From positions 90,001-122,000 of the forward strand of contig NC_008312.1 of the NCBI RefSeq assembly GCF_000014265.1: a stretch of 32,000 nt of DNA. Direction: 5' to 3'. This stretch comes from Trichodesmium erythraeum IMS101. GTDB taxonomy: Bacteria > Cyanobacteriota > Cyanobacteriia > Cyanobacteriales > Microcoleaceae. The position numbers and the translations under genes were made by a program. The notes beneath the pieces were generated by a model, which was given only the letters and a program-made list of their open reading frames with translations, made no database searches and was not told the DNA's origin. Shown in pieces: positions 10,518 to 19,770 of this stretch; within the stretch, counting starts at the first letter, position 1; each line of letters opens with the position of its first letter.

Positions 10518-11846
10518 ATGTCAAATCTTCTTGAACAGGCAAAAATTGCTGCCCAAAAACAAAACTGGTCTTTAGTCAATTATTATCTACAGCAATTTAT
10601 CTTAGAGAGTAAGTCAAATAAAACTCCTTTAATATTCCCAGACAACAATGTTGTTATAGATGAGGTAATTGACTTAGCAATAGAAGTTATGGAAAATGGA
10701 GATTTTCAAGAAAAATGGGATATTAATAAACTGTTTAAGCAAATTGGAAAACCAGCTATCGCTCCCTTAATTGAAATTCTTAACGCCCAAGAAGTAGATC
10801 TAGAAGAACGTTGGTTTATAACTAGGATATTGGCAGAGTTTAACACTGAAGAATTCCTAGAAGTTATGGGGAATATAGTTATTAGATCAAAGCCAAAAGA
10901 TATACAGGAAATAGCAGCAGAAATAAGAGCAAATTGTGGTAATTCGGGAGTTGATTTATTAACAAATTTATTAGCAAAGCCAGAGTTAAAATTATTGGTC
11001 ATTAAAGCTTTAGCTAAAATTAACTGTATTAGTATGATTCCAGCATTGTTAACTTTCGTTAAAGATGAAAATTATGAAGTGAGAATCATGGGAATTTCTG
11101 CTTTGAATAATTATTGTGACTCACGCATTCCTATTGTATTAATTTCGGCTTTAAAAGATAGAGTGGCAAAAGTTAGAAAAACAGCAGTGATTAGTTTAGC
11201 TAGTTATGCTAATTTACACCAAGAATTAGGTTTGGTGAAGTTACTACAACCCTTACTATGGGATATGGATGTTGAAGTTTCTCAACAAGCAGCGATCGCT
11301 CTGGGAAAAATTGGTACCAATTTAGCAGCAACAGCTTTATATGAACTATTAAAAACTGCCACAGTGCCAATATTTTTAAAGATAGATGCAGTGCGTGCTT
11401 TAGGTAGAATTGAAACTCAAGTATCCTTAGAATATTTGCAAAATTTACTAGAGTATAATTTCTTAGTTGAAGATTATGATATGGCACAAATTGTTAATGA
11501 AATTATCACGGCATTGGGTAAGTTAGAAAAACCTGAATTAAAACTTCAAGCAACAGATATTTTAATTGAATTTATTACCAGTCATAACTCTAATCTAGAA
11601 AATATTTGTGTGAAAAAATCTTTGGCTTTAGCTCTGGGATACTTAGGAAATATTCATGCTTTAGAATCTCTAATTCAATTATTAGAAGATGAAGATAATA
11701 GTGTTAGACTTCATTCTGTAGCAGCGATGAAACAATTAGATTCAGAAAAAGCATATCAAAGACTTATTTTTTTATCTGCACAAGCAAGCCTTAACTCACA
11801 GTTAAAAACAGGAATAGCAATAGCTCTTGCAGAATTGAATAATTAA
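10518..11846 (+). CDS. HEAT-repeat protein (PBS-lyase HEAT-like repeats)
   Basis: The 442-aa ORF has reiterated ~31-aa units of the form D.d..VR..A..ALg.ig: DENYEVRIMGISALN, DRVAKVRKTAVISLA, DMDVEVSQQAAIALGKIG, KIDAVRALGRI and DEDNSVRLHSVAAMKQL. Confidence 0.8.
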   Translation: MSNLLEQAKIAAQKQNWSLVNYYLQQFILESKSNKTPLIFPDNNVVIDEVIDLAIEVMENGDFQEKWDINKLFKQIGKPAIAPLIEILNAQEVDLEERWFITRILAEFNTEEFLEVMGNIVIRSKPKDIQEIAAEIRANCGNSGVDLLTNLLAKPELKLLVIKALAKINCISMIPALLTFVKDENYEVRIMGISALNNYCDSRIPIVLISALKDRVAKVRKTAVISLASYANLHQELGLVKLLQPLLWDMDVEVSQQAAIALGKIGTNLAATALYELLKTATVPIFLKIDAVRALGRIETQVSLEYLQNLLEYNFLVEDYDMAQIVNEIITALGKLEKPELKLQATDILIEFITSHNSNLENICVKKSLALALGYLGNIHALESLIQLLEDEDNSVRLHSVAAMKQLDSEKAYQRLIFLSAQASLNSQLKTGIAIALAELNN

Positions 11847-12723
11847 CTAAATCTGAATTATGATTAATATCATGCTCGGTTTAATAGTTATAAATAACCA
11901 AGAGAGGAGTTAGGAGTTATATCAAATCTGAGAAAATAATTAAACATTACCAGAGCATCGTGTTCTGGGTATGTTCAGTAGGGGAAACCTGTAACTCTGA
12001 GGATTTATTTAGGAATAGAAAGCTTCGAGAAATATCGGTCGAACACTTACAAGATAAAATTAACACAGTTGAAGAGGGCACATAAGGTCTTGGCTAGAAT
12101 CTGGTATTATCTGTGATCAAAGGAAAAAGCCAGGTAGGAAATTATCTCCTAAATAAAAGTAATAATCATTTATCGAACAAATGAAAATTTCACAAAATCA
12201 TCCAAATTTGTCAACATTTTTAAAGGCTTACTAAATTATGTGTCATAAGCAAAGCGCCAAATCTCTCTATTTTAAATTTCATTGAAAAAGCTGAATTTTT
12301 GTAAATTTTGAAATCCCTGAAATCGGGATTATTAAAATCTACAGTACACAGTCCACAGAATTCAGGCCTTGTTAGGTAAAACTTAACCCACCCCTAATAC
12401 TCCTCTCCAGGGAAGTAATAAAGGTGGGTAATATTTTATTTTCTGCTTCAAACCGGGGAGTTGGCTCCAAACAGTTTACAAGCATAAATTCGGCGGGTGC
12501 AGCCCACCCTAGTTCTAACATTGACGAATCCATATTGGGATAACATAATTGTCACATTTAAGTCCTAGTCTATAATTATTCTACTGTCGGAGGACAGTTG
12601 AAAGTACAGTCCTTTGACTTTAATTCTTCATGAATATGACAGCAATTATGGTAAGTTTTGGATGATAGAAACTATTAGTTTCCCTACCCAAACCTTCTAA
12701 GTCAAGCCATGTAGATTTCATAC

Positions 12724-13311
12724 TTAGTCATCCACAATTTGAGCCCAATCTGGGAAAGAAGGAGGAAAAAAATTAATATCGTACTCAGACTCTTCCCACT
12801 CATCAACCCATAATGGCACTACCCCTACCCCTTGTATAGGAGTTCTTGAGAATACCCTTTCCCTTGATTCAATAGTGTGAAATATCTGTTTAAGGGTATC
12901 TCCTAAATTAAGATTGAAACTTAAGAGTTCGTCCAATTCAGGGTCAAGTCGTTTGACTCTTTGTTTATCATCCTCAACCCACAAAAGTTTTAAAGACTTG
13001 AGGGATCTTGGACTAAGCTGAGAGCGATAATAAACACGCTTAAGTTGAGCTACAGGCTCCAAGCTTCTTTCTACTCTCCTAATTTGCTGTAACCGAAGAA
13101 AGTGCCACTCTGCCAAATGTTTTCGCTCTTCAGGAGGTATTTTCCCTTTGCTAGTAGCGTGTTGAAAGGCATATCTGGCACAACTACATCCAAGATTAGC
13201 TAACAAATGGATTAACTGTTTCTCTTTCGGAGTTGCTTGTCTTCTTTCTGCAGTTCTCGTAATAAGCCTTTTTCTGCGTGTAGTAGTTGTTGTATCCATT
13301 ATTTTGGTCAA
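12724..13311 (-). CDS. Hypothetical protein (195 aa) with a basic N-terminus and an acidic C-terminus
   Basis: This is a clean ORF that looks less AT-rich than its surroundings. It has an N-terminal TTTTRRKRLITRTAERRQ and a C-terminal WVDEWEESEYD...DWAQIVDD. No family was recognised. Confidence 0.6.
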   Translation of the reverse strand: MTKIMDTTTTTRRKRLITRTAERRQATPKEKQLIHLLANLGCSCARYAFQHATSKGKIPPEERKHLAEWHFLRLQQIRRVERSLEPVAQLKRVYYRSQLSPRSLKSLKLLWVEDDKQRVKRLDPELDELLSFNLNLGDTLKQIFHTIESRERVFSRTPIQGVGVVPLWVDEWEESEYDINFFPPSFPDWAQIVDD

Positions 13312-13347
13312 TAATACTAATCAGAACATATTACTAGAATAATCGAA

Positions 13348-13381
13348 GGTAGAACTCTAATCGGTCAGAGAGAGTTCTACC
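13348..13381 (-). terminator. Hairpin between the 66-aa ORF and the 195-aa ORF
   Basis: GGTAGAACTCT (13348-13358), a 12-nt loop, then AGAGTTCTACC (13371-13381). The stem is a perfect 11 bp. The T tract on the minus strand (TTCGATTATTCT) is only moderate. Confidence 0.35.
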
Positions 13382-13449
13382 AAATTCTAAATCTAGTTTA
13401 ATCTGTATGAACGATTCTCCCGGAATTTATTTATACTTTCGGTGTATAT

Positions 13450-13650
13450 TTATGGATTTGTCTCTATGACCTCTGCGTTTCCATCTTCATCATTTCCTTC
13501 GTAAGGTGGTTTATCACTAATTAATATTTGACTCTCTTCAATCGTTGTCCCATAAGATAGCCCTAAGTTCCAGGTAGTAGCCTTTGGCATTTGGCCAAAT
13601 GTTAAGCCTGCGGAGGCTATTAATCCGAAAGCGATAATATTCTGTTTCAT
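13450..13650 (-). CDS. Small ORF (66 aa) with a signal-peptide-like N-terminus; coding status uncertain
   Basis: MKQNIIAFGLIASAGLTFGQ... followed by an acidic tail. Its start codon lies in sequence resembling the 5' end of the queE relics (GTTTCATGGTAG), so it may be a fortuitous ORF. Confidence 0.3.
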   Translation of the reverse strand: MKQNIIAFGLIASAGLTFGQMPKATTWNLGLSYGTTIEESQILISDKPPYEGNDEDGNAEVIETNP

Positions 13651-13772
13651 GGTAGTAGATGAACCCTGTCTAGTGCTTGGAATTAACCACTAATGCTTTT
13701 GCCACCTGTAAAAAATGGGTTTTTGCAAAAGCCCTCTTGTATTCCAAAGAATCAGTCTGTAATTATATAAGA

Positions 13773-14022
13773 AACATAGGCACAACCTGATGGATTACAA
13801 AAAACTGGAATTGAGGTATTAGTAGTCTTATCACTATATTCTCCTAAATCCTAATATTTGGGATGTGGATTATAAACCATTAGGGAGTTAAGCCATCAGG
13901 TAACTAGTCCATCTAGGAGTTGTCCATCAGGGGCATCTACTTTTCATCTAACTATCAGGGCGTATCTTTCATCTGCAGTTCTAAAATCGCTGTCTATTCT
14001 TTCAATAGGCAGTATTTTTTTT
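13773..14022 (+). ncRNA. Candidate spacer RNA, unit A
   Basis: Promoter-like TTGTAT-17-TAATTA at 13737-13765. It also has the ACCTGATGG/CCATCAGGT pairing arms, three CCATC..GG motifs, the hairpin 13989-14012 and an 8-T run. The boundaries are guesses. Confidence 0.3.
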
Positions 14023-14063
14023 ATGATACCAATTCCTGAACTTAATACTCAGATTGATTGTAA

Positions 14064-14591
14064 TTATGTCATACCCAAATATTTATGTAATTGTATAAAT
14101 AGTCGGCAATGAGGATATTCCTGAAGTAATTGTTGGACTAATGGTAAAGTTAGATCATAATTATACTACTCTGCTTATAGGAAAACAGGAGTCTTATTCT
14201 TTACTAATAAAATCTTACTATAAAATTCTAATTCTTTACCTGTTTCTATAACCAATTTGATTTTTGAAGCTCTTGTCCACATTGACGGGACAATTGGATA
14301 TTTATGACTAATGTGTTCTTTAGGGCTAAGAGTTACCCAAGGGTTAGGGGAAATATTTTGCCAGTAGCAACAGTTGGTTTCAATTATTACTTGTCTATCG
14401 GTCTATAAGGTTTGAAAGTTTGAGGTTGACCTCTTCTACTCATAGCTCTATCAACATACGCTAGTATCATGGGTCAGAGCACCTACGACTAGGCCACCTG
14501 CAAGAGGAATAAAATCTGCTGCTGTACTTGCCTAATAACCTATAGTTTTTGGGTATGTTTCATGGTGGAGACCGATTAAATTTCCTGTAAT
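14064..14591 (-). pseudogene. queE relic, unit A (most diverged 3' part)
   Basis: Homologous to queE along its length but ends HKYLGMT*. It has additional disruptions in the 3' third, and its 5' part is near-identical to the other relics. Confidence 0.8.
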
Positions 14592-14735
14592 TTCTCAGGT
14601 TTTCAGAAGTAGGGCTCAAGAGTGGCCCGAAGAAATCTCCCCCAAAATCAATACTAACTTTTCATCATCAGTAAAAACTGGGTTTTTGCAAAAGACCTCT
14701 TGTATTCTAAAGAATGAGTCTGTAATTATATAATA

Positions 14736-14995
14736 AGCATAGGCACAACCTGATGGATTACAAAAACCACAAAGTGAGGTGTTAGTAGTCGTATCATTTA
14801 TCTTCTTCTAAAGTCCTACTATTTGGGCTCTTAATTATTAACAATTAAAACAATTAGGGAGTTAAGCCATCAGGTAACTAGTCCATCTAGGAGTTGTCCA
14901 TCAAGGGCATCTAATTTTCATTTAACTATTCAGGGCGTATCTTTCATCTGCAGTTCTAAAATCGCTGTCTATTGTCCCAATAGACAGCATTTTCT
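14736..14995 (+). ncRNA. Candidate spacer RNA, unit B
   Basis: Same module as unit F, shifted. The terminator hairpin is at 14964-14988. Confidence 0.3.
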
Positions 14996-15036
14996 AATTA
15001 TACCATTTTTTCAGTCTCATGCTCATGATTATTTAA

Positions 15037-15433
15037 TTATTTTATGCCTAAATATTTATGTAATTGTATAGATAGTCGGCAATGAGAATATTCCCGAAGT
15101 AATTTTTGGACTAATGGTAGAGTGAAATCACGGTTATACGACTCTGGTTGTAGGAAAACAGGAGTCTGATTCTTTACTAATAAAATCTTACTATAAAATT
15201 CTAATTCTTTACCTGTTTCTATAACCAATTTGATTTCTGAAGCTCTTGTCCACATTGACGGGACAAGTTGACCTCTTCTACTCATAGCTCTATCAACATA
15301 CGCTAGTATCATGGGTCAGAGCACCTACGACTAGGCCACCTGCAAGAGGAATAAAATCTGCTGCTGTACTTGCCTAATAACCTATAGTTTTTGGGCATGT
15401 TTCATGGTAGAGACCGATTAAATTTCCTGTAAT
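15037..15433 (-). pseudogene. queE relic, unit B (extra 131-bp deletion)
   Basis: Same as units C-F except that GGGACAA is joined directly to GTTGACC. The join creates a fortuitous 91-aa ORF. Confidence 0.85.
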
Positions 15434-15577
15434 TTCTCAGGTTTTCAGAAGTAGGTATCAAGAGTGGCCCGAAGAAATCTCCCCCAAAATCAATACTAAC
15501 TTTTCATCATCAGTAAAAACTGGGTTTTTGCAAAAGACCTCTTGTATTCTAAAGAATGAGTCTGTAATTATATAAGA

Positions 15578-15837
15578 AGCATAGGCACAACCTGATGGAT
15601 TACAAAAACCACAAAGTGAGGTGTTAGTAGTCGTATCATTTATCTTCTTCTAAAGTCCTACTATTTGGGCTCTTAATTATTAACAATTAAAACAATTAGG
15701 GAGTTAAGCCATCAGGTAACTAGTCCATCTAGGAGTTGTCCATCAAGGGCATCTAATTTTCATTTAACTATTCAGGGCGTATCTTTCATCTGCAGTTCTA
15801 AAATCGCTGTCTATTGTCCCAATAGACAGCATTTTCT
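15578..15837 (+). ncRNA. Candidate spacer RNA, unit C
   Basis: Same module. The hairpin is at 15806-15830. Confidence 0.3.
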
Positions 15838-15878
15838 AATTATACCATTTTTTCAGTCTCATGCTCATGATTATTTAA

Positions 15879-16406
15879 TTATTTTATGCCTAAATATTTA
15901 TGTAATTGTATAGATAGTCGGCAATGAGAATATTCCTGAAGTAATTTTTGGACTAATGGTAGAGTGAAATCACGGTTATACGACTCTGGTTGTAGGAAAA
16001 CAGGAGTCTTATTCTTTACTAATAAAATCTTACTATAAAATTCTAATTCTTTACCTGTTTCTATAACCAATTTGATTTTTGAAGCTCTTGTCCACATTGA
16101 CGGGACAATTGGATATTTATGACTAATGTGTTCTTTAGGGCTAAGAGTTACCCAAGGGTTAGGGGAAATATTTTGCCAGTAGCAACAGTTGGTTTCAATT
16201 ATTACTTGTCTATTGGTCTATAAGGTTTGAAAGTTTGAGGTTGACCTCTTCTACTCATAGCTCTATCAACATACGCTAGTATCATGGGTCAGAGCACCTA
16301 CTACTAGGCCACCTGCAAGAGGAATAAAATCTGCTGCTGTACTTGCCTAATAACCTATAGTTTTTGGGTATGTTTCATGGTAGAGACCGATTAAATTTCC
16401 TGTAAT
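15879..16406 (-). pseudogene. queE relic, unit C
   Basis: 528 bp versus 624 bp for the intact gene between equivalent landmarks. The radical-SAM cysteine codons are lost, and only the 72-codon C-terminal frame is open. Confidence 0.9.
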
Positions 16407-16550
16407 TTCTCAGGTTTTCAGAAGTAAGGATAAAGAGTGGCCCGAAGAAATATTCCCCAAAATCAATACTAACTTTTCATCATCAGTAAAAACTGGGTTT
16501 TTGCAAAAGACCTCTTGTATTCTAAAGAATGAGTCTGTAATTATATAAGA

Positions 16551-16810
16551 AGCATAGGCACAACCTGATGGATTACAAAAACCACAAAGTGAGGTGTTAG
16601 TAGTCGTATCATTTATCTTCTTCTAAAGTCCTACTATTTGGGCTCTTAATTATTAACAATTAAAACAATTAGGGAGTTAAGCCATCAGGTAACTAGTCCA
16701 TCTAGGAGTTGTCCATCAAGGGCATCTAATTTTCATTTAACTATTCAGGGCGTATCTTTCATCTGCAGTTCTAAAATCGCTGTCTATTGTCCCAATAGAC
16801 AGCATTTTCT
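16551..16810 (+). ncRNA. Candidate spacer RNA, unit D
   Basis: Same module. The hairpin is at 16779-16803. Confidence 0.3.
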
Positions 16811-16851
16811 AATTATACCATTTTTTCAGTCTCATGCTCATGATTATTTAA

Positions 16852-17379
16852 TTATTTTATGCCTAAATATTTATGTAATTGTATAGATAGTCGGCAATGA
16901 GAATATTCCCGAAGTAATTTTTGGACTAATGGTAGAGTGAAATCACGGTTATACGACTCTGGTTGTAGGAAAACAGGAGTCTTATTCTTTACTAATAAAA
17001 TCTTACTATAAAATTCTAATTCTTTACCTGTTTCTATAACCAATTTGATTTTTGAAGCTCTTGTCCACACTGATGAGACAATTGGATATTTATGACTAAT
17101 GTGTTCTTTAGGGCTAAGAGTTACCCAAGGGTTAGGGGAAATATTTTGCTAGTAGCAACAGTTGGTTTCAATTATTACTTGTCTATCGGTCTATAAGGTT
17201 TGAAAGTTTGAGGTTGACCTCTTCTACTCATAGCTCTATCAACATACGCTAGTATCATGGGTCAGACTACCTACTACTAGGCCACCTGCAAGAGGAATAA
17301 AATCTGCTGCTGTACCTGCCTAATAACCTATAGTTTTTGGGTATGTTTCATGGTAGAGACCGATTAAATTTCCTGTAAT
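16852..17379 (-). pseudogene. queE relic, unit D
   Basis: Same lesions as unit C. It carries CACACTGATGAGACA instead of CACATTGACGGGACA. Confidence 0.9.
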
Positions 17380-17523
17380 TTCTCAGGTTTTCAGAAGTAG
17401 GTATCAAGAGTGGCCCGAAGAAATCTCCCCCAAAATCAATACTAACTTTTCATCATCAGTAAAAACTGGGTTTTTGCAAAAGACCTCTTGTATTCTAAAG
17501 AATGAGTCTGTAATTATATAAGA

Positions 17524-17783
17524 AGCATAGGCACAACCTGATGGATTACAAAAACCACAAAGTGAGGTGTTAGTAGTCGTATCATTTATCTTCTTCTAAA
17601 GTCCTACTATTTGGGCTCTTAATTATTAACAATTAAAACAATTAGGGAGTTAAGCCATCAGGTAACTAGTCCATCTAGGAGTTGTCCATCAAGGGCATCT
17701 AATTTTCATTTAACTATTCAGGGCGTATCTTTCATCTGCAGTTCTAAAATCGCTGTCTATTGTCCCAATAGACAGCATTTTCT
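17524..17783 (+). ncRNA. Candidate spacer RNA, unit E
   Basis: Same module. The hairpin is at 17752-17776. Confidence 0.3.
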
Positions 17784-17824
17784 AATTATACCATTTTTTC
17801 AGTCTCATGCTCATGATTATTTAA

Positions 17825-18352
17825 TTATTTTATGCCTAAATATTTATGTAATTGTATAGATAGTCGGCAATGAGAATATTCCCGAAGTAATTTTTGGACT
17901 AATGGTAGAGTGAAATCACGGTTATACGACTCTGGTTGTAGGAAAACAGGAGTCTTATTCTTTACTAATAAAATCTTACTATAAAATTCTAATTCTTTAC
18001 CTGTTTCTATAACCAATTTGATTTTTGAAGCTCTTGTCCACACTGATGAGACAATTGGATATTTATGACTAATGTGTTCTTTAGGGCTAAGAGTTACCCA
18101 AGGGTTAGGGGAAATATTTTGCCAGTAGCAACAGTTGGTTTCAATTATTACTTGTCTATCGGTCTATAAGGTTTGAAAGTTTGAGGTTGACCTCTTCTAC
18201 TCATAGCTCTATCAACATACGCTAGTATCATGGGTCAGAGCACCTACGACTAGGCCACCTGCAAGAGGAATAAAATCTGCTGCTGTACCTGCCTAATAAC
18301 CTATAGTTTTTGGGTATGTTTCATGGTGGAGACCGATTAAATTTCCTGTAAT
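17825..18352 (-). pseudogene. queE relic, unit E
   Basis: Same as unit D. Confidence 0.9.
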
Positions 18353-18460
18353 TTCTCAGGTTTTCAGAAGTAGGTATCAAGAGTGGCCCGAAGAAATCTC
18401 CCCCAAAATCAATACTAACTTTTCATCATCAGTAAAAACTGGGTTTTTGCAAAAGACCTC

Positions 18461-18489
18461 TTGTATTCTAAAGAATGAGTCTGTAATTA
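18461..18489 (+). promoter_or_regulatory. Sigma70-like promoter candidate for the spacer RNA (reference copy; present in all seven units)
   Basis: TTGTAT (18461-18466), a 17-bp spacer, then TAATTA (18484-18489). The same string is conserved even in the diverged unit A (13737-13765). Confidence 0.3.
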
Positions 18490-18496
18490 TATAAGA

Positions 18497-18756
18497 AGCA
18501 TAGGCACAACCTGATGGATTACAAAAACCACAAAGTGAGGTGTTAGTAGTCGTATCATTTATCTTCTTCTAAAGTCCTACTATTTGGGCTCTTAATTATT
18601 AACAATTAAAACAATTAGGGAGTTAAGCCATCAGGTAACTAGTCCATCTAGGAGTTGTCCATCAAGGGCATCTAATTTTCATTTAACTATTCAGGGCGTA
18701 TCTTTCATCTGCAGTTCTAAAATCGCTGTCTATTGTCCCAATAGACAGCATTTTCT
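18497..18756 (+). ncRNA. Candidate spacer RNA, unit F (reference copy)
   Basis: ACCTGATGG (18509-18517) is complementary to CCATCAGGT (18628-18636). CCATCAGG, CCATCTAGG and CCATCAAGG lie at 18628, 18644 and 18659. The hairpin is GCTGTCTATT-GTCCC-AATAGACAGC (18725-18749), followed by ATTTTCT. Confidence 0.3.
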
Positions 18757-18797
18757 AATTATACCATTTTTTCAGTCTCATGCTCATGATTATTTAA

Positions 18798-19325
18798 TTA
18801 TTTTATGCCTAAATATTTATGTAATTGTATAGATAGTCGGCAATGAGAATATTCCCGAAGTAATTTTTGGACTAATGGTAGAGTGAAATCACGGTTATAC
18901 GACTCTGGTTGTAGGAAAACAGGAGTCTTATTCTTTACTAATAAAATCTTACTATAAAATTCTAATTCTTTACCTGTTTCTATAACCAATTTGATTTTTG
19001 AAGCTCTTGTCCACACTGATGAGACAATTGGATATTTATGACTAATGTGTTCTTTAGGGCTAAGAGTTACCCAAGGGTTAGGGGAAATATTTTGCCAGTA
19101 GCAACAGTTGGTTTCAATTATTACTTGTCTATCGGTCTATAAGGTTTGAAAGTTTGAGGTTGACCTCTTCTACTCATAGCTCTATCAACATACGCTAGTA
19201 TCATGGGTCAGAGCACCTACGACTAGGCCACCTGCAAGAGGAATAAAATCTGCTGCTGTACCTGCCTAATAACCTATAGTTTTTGGGTATGTTTCATGGT
19301 GGAGACCGATTAAATTTCCTGTAAT
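18798..19325 (-). pseudogene. queE relic, unit F
   Basis: Same as unit D. Confidence 0.9.
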
Positions 19326-19469
19326 TTCTCAGGTTTTCAGAAGTAGGTATCAAGAGTGGCCCGAAGAAATCTCCCCCAAAATCAATACTAACTTTTCATC
19401 ATCAGTAAAAACTGGGTTTTTGCAAAAGACCTCTTGTATTCTAAAGAATGAGTCTGTAATTATATAAGA

Positions 19470-19729
19470 AGCATAGGCACAACCTGATGGATTACAAAAA
19501 CCACAAAGTGAGGTGTTAGTAGTCGTATCATTTATCTTCTTCTAAAGTCCTACTATTTGGGCTCTTAATTATTAACAATTAAAACAATTAGGGAGTTAAG
19601 CCATCAGGTAACTAGTCCATCTAGGAGTTGTCCATCAAGGGCATCTAATTTTCATTTAACTATTCAGGGCGTATCTTTCATCTACAGTTCTAAAATCGCT
19701 GTCTATTGTCCCAATAGGCAGCATTTTCT
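19470..19729 (+). ncRNA. Candidate spacer RNA, unit G (convergent with the intact queE)
   Basis: Same module. The hairpin at 19698-19722 has one A-to-G change that gives a U-G pair on the plus strand. Confidence 0.3.
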
Positions 19730-19770
19730 AATTATACCATTTTTTCAGTCTCATGCTCATGATTATTTAA

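Noticed and set aside
11847-12723. An RNA gene or riboswitch in the 877-bp spacer, which has hairpins such as CCAGAGCATCGTGTTCTGG, AATCCCTGAAATCGGGATT and ACCCACC...GGTGGGT followed by a T run.
   Set aside because: I could not match any known RNA family consensus (tRNA, tmRNA, RNase P, SRP, or the cobalamin, glutamine or preQ1 riboswitches) by eye. This is probably decayed sequence with scattered hairpins, and it would need cmscan to settle.
15879-19016. The four 72-aa ORFs (and the 91-aa ORF at 15037-15312) might be real small genes.
   Set aside because: They are the C-terminal frame of the queE relics. In units D-F the only start is a GTG that replaces the internal Met codon. Differences from the intact gene are mostly non-synonymous (including W to S in PEWYNRD), as expected for neutral decay.
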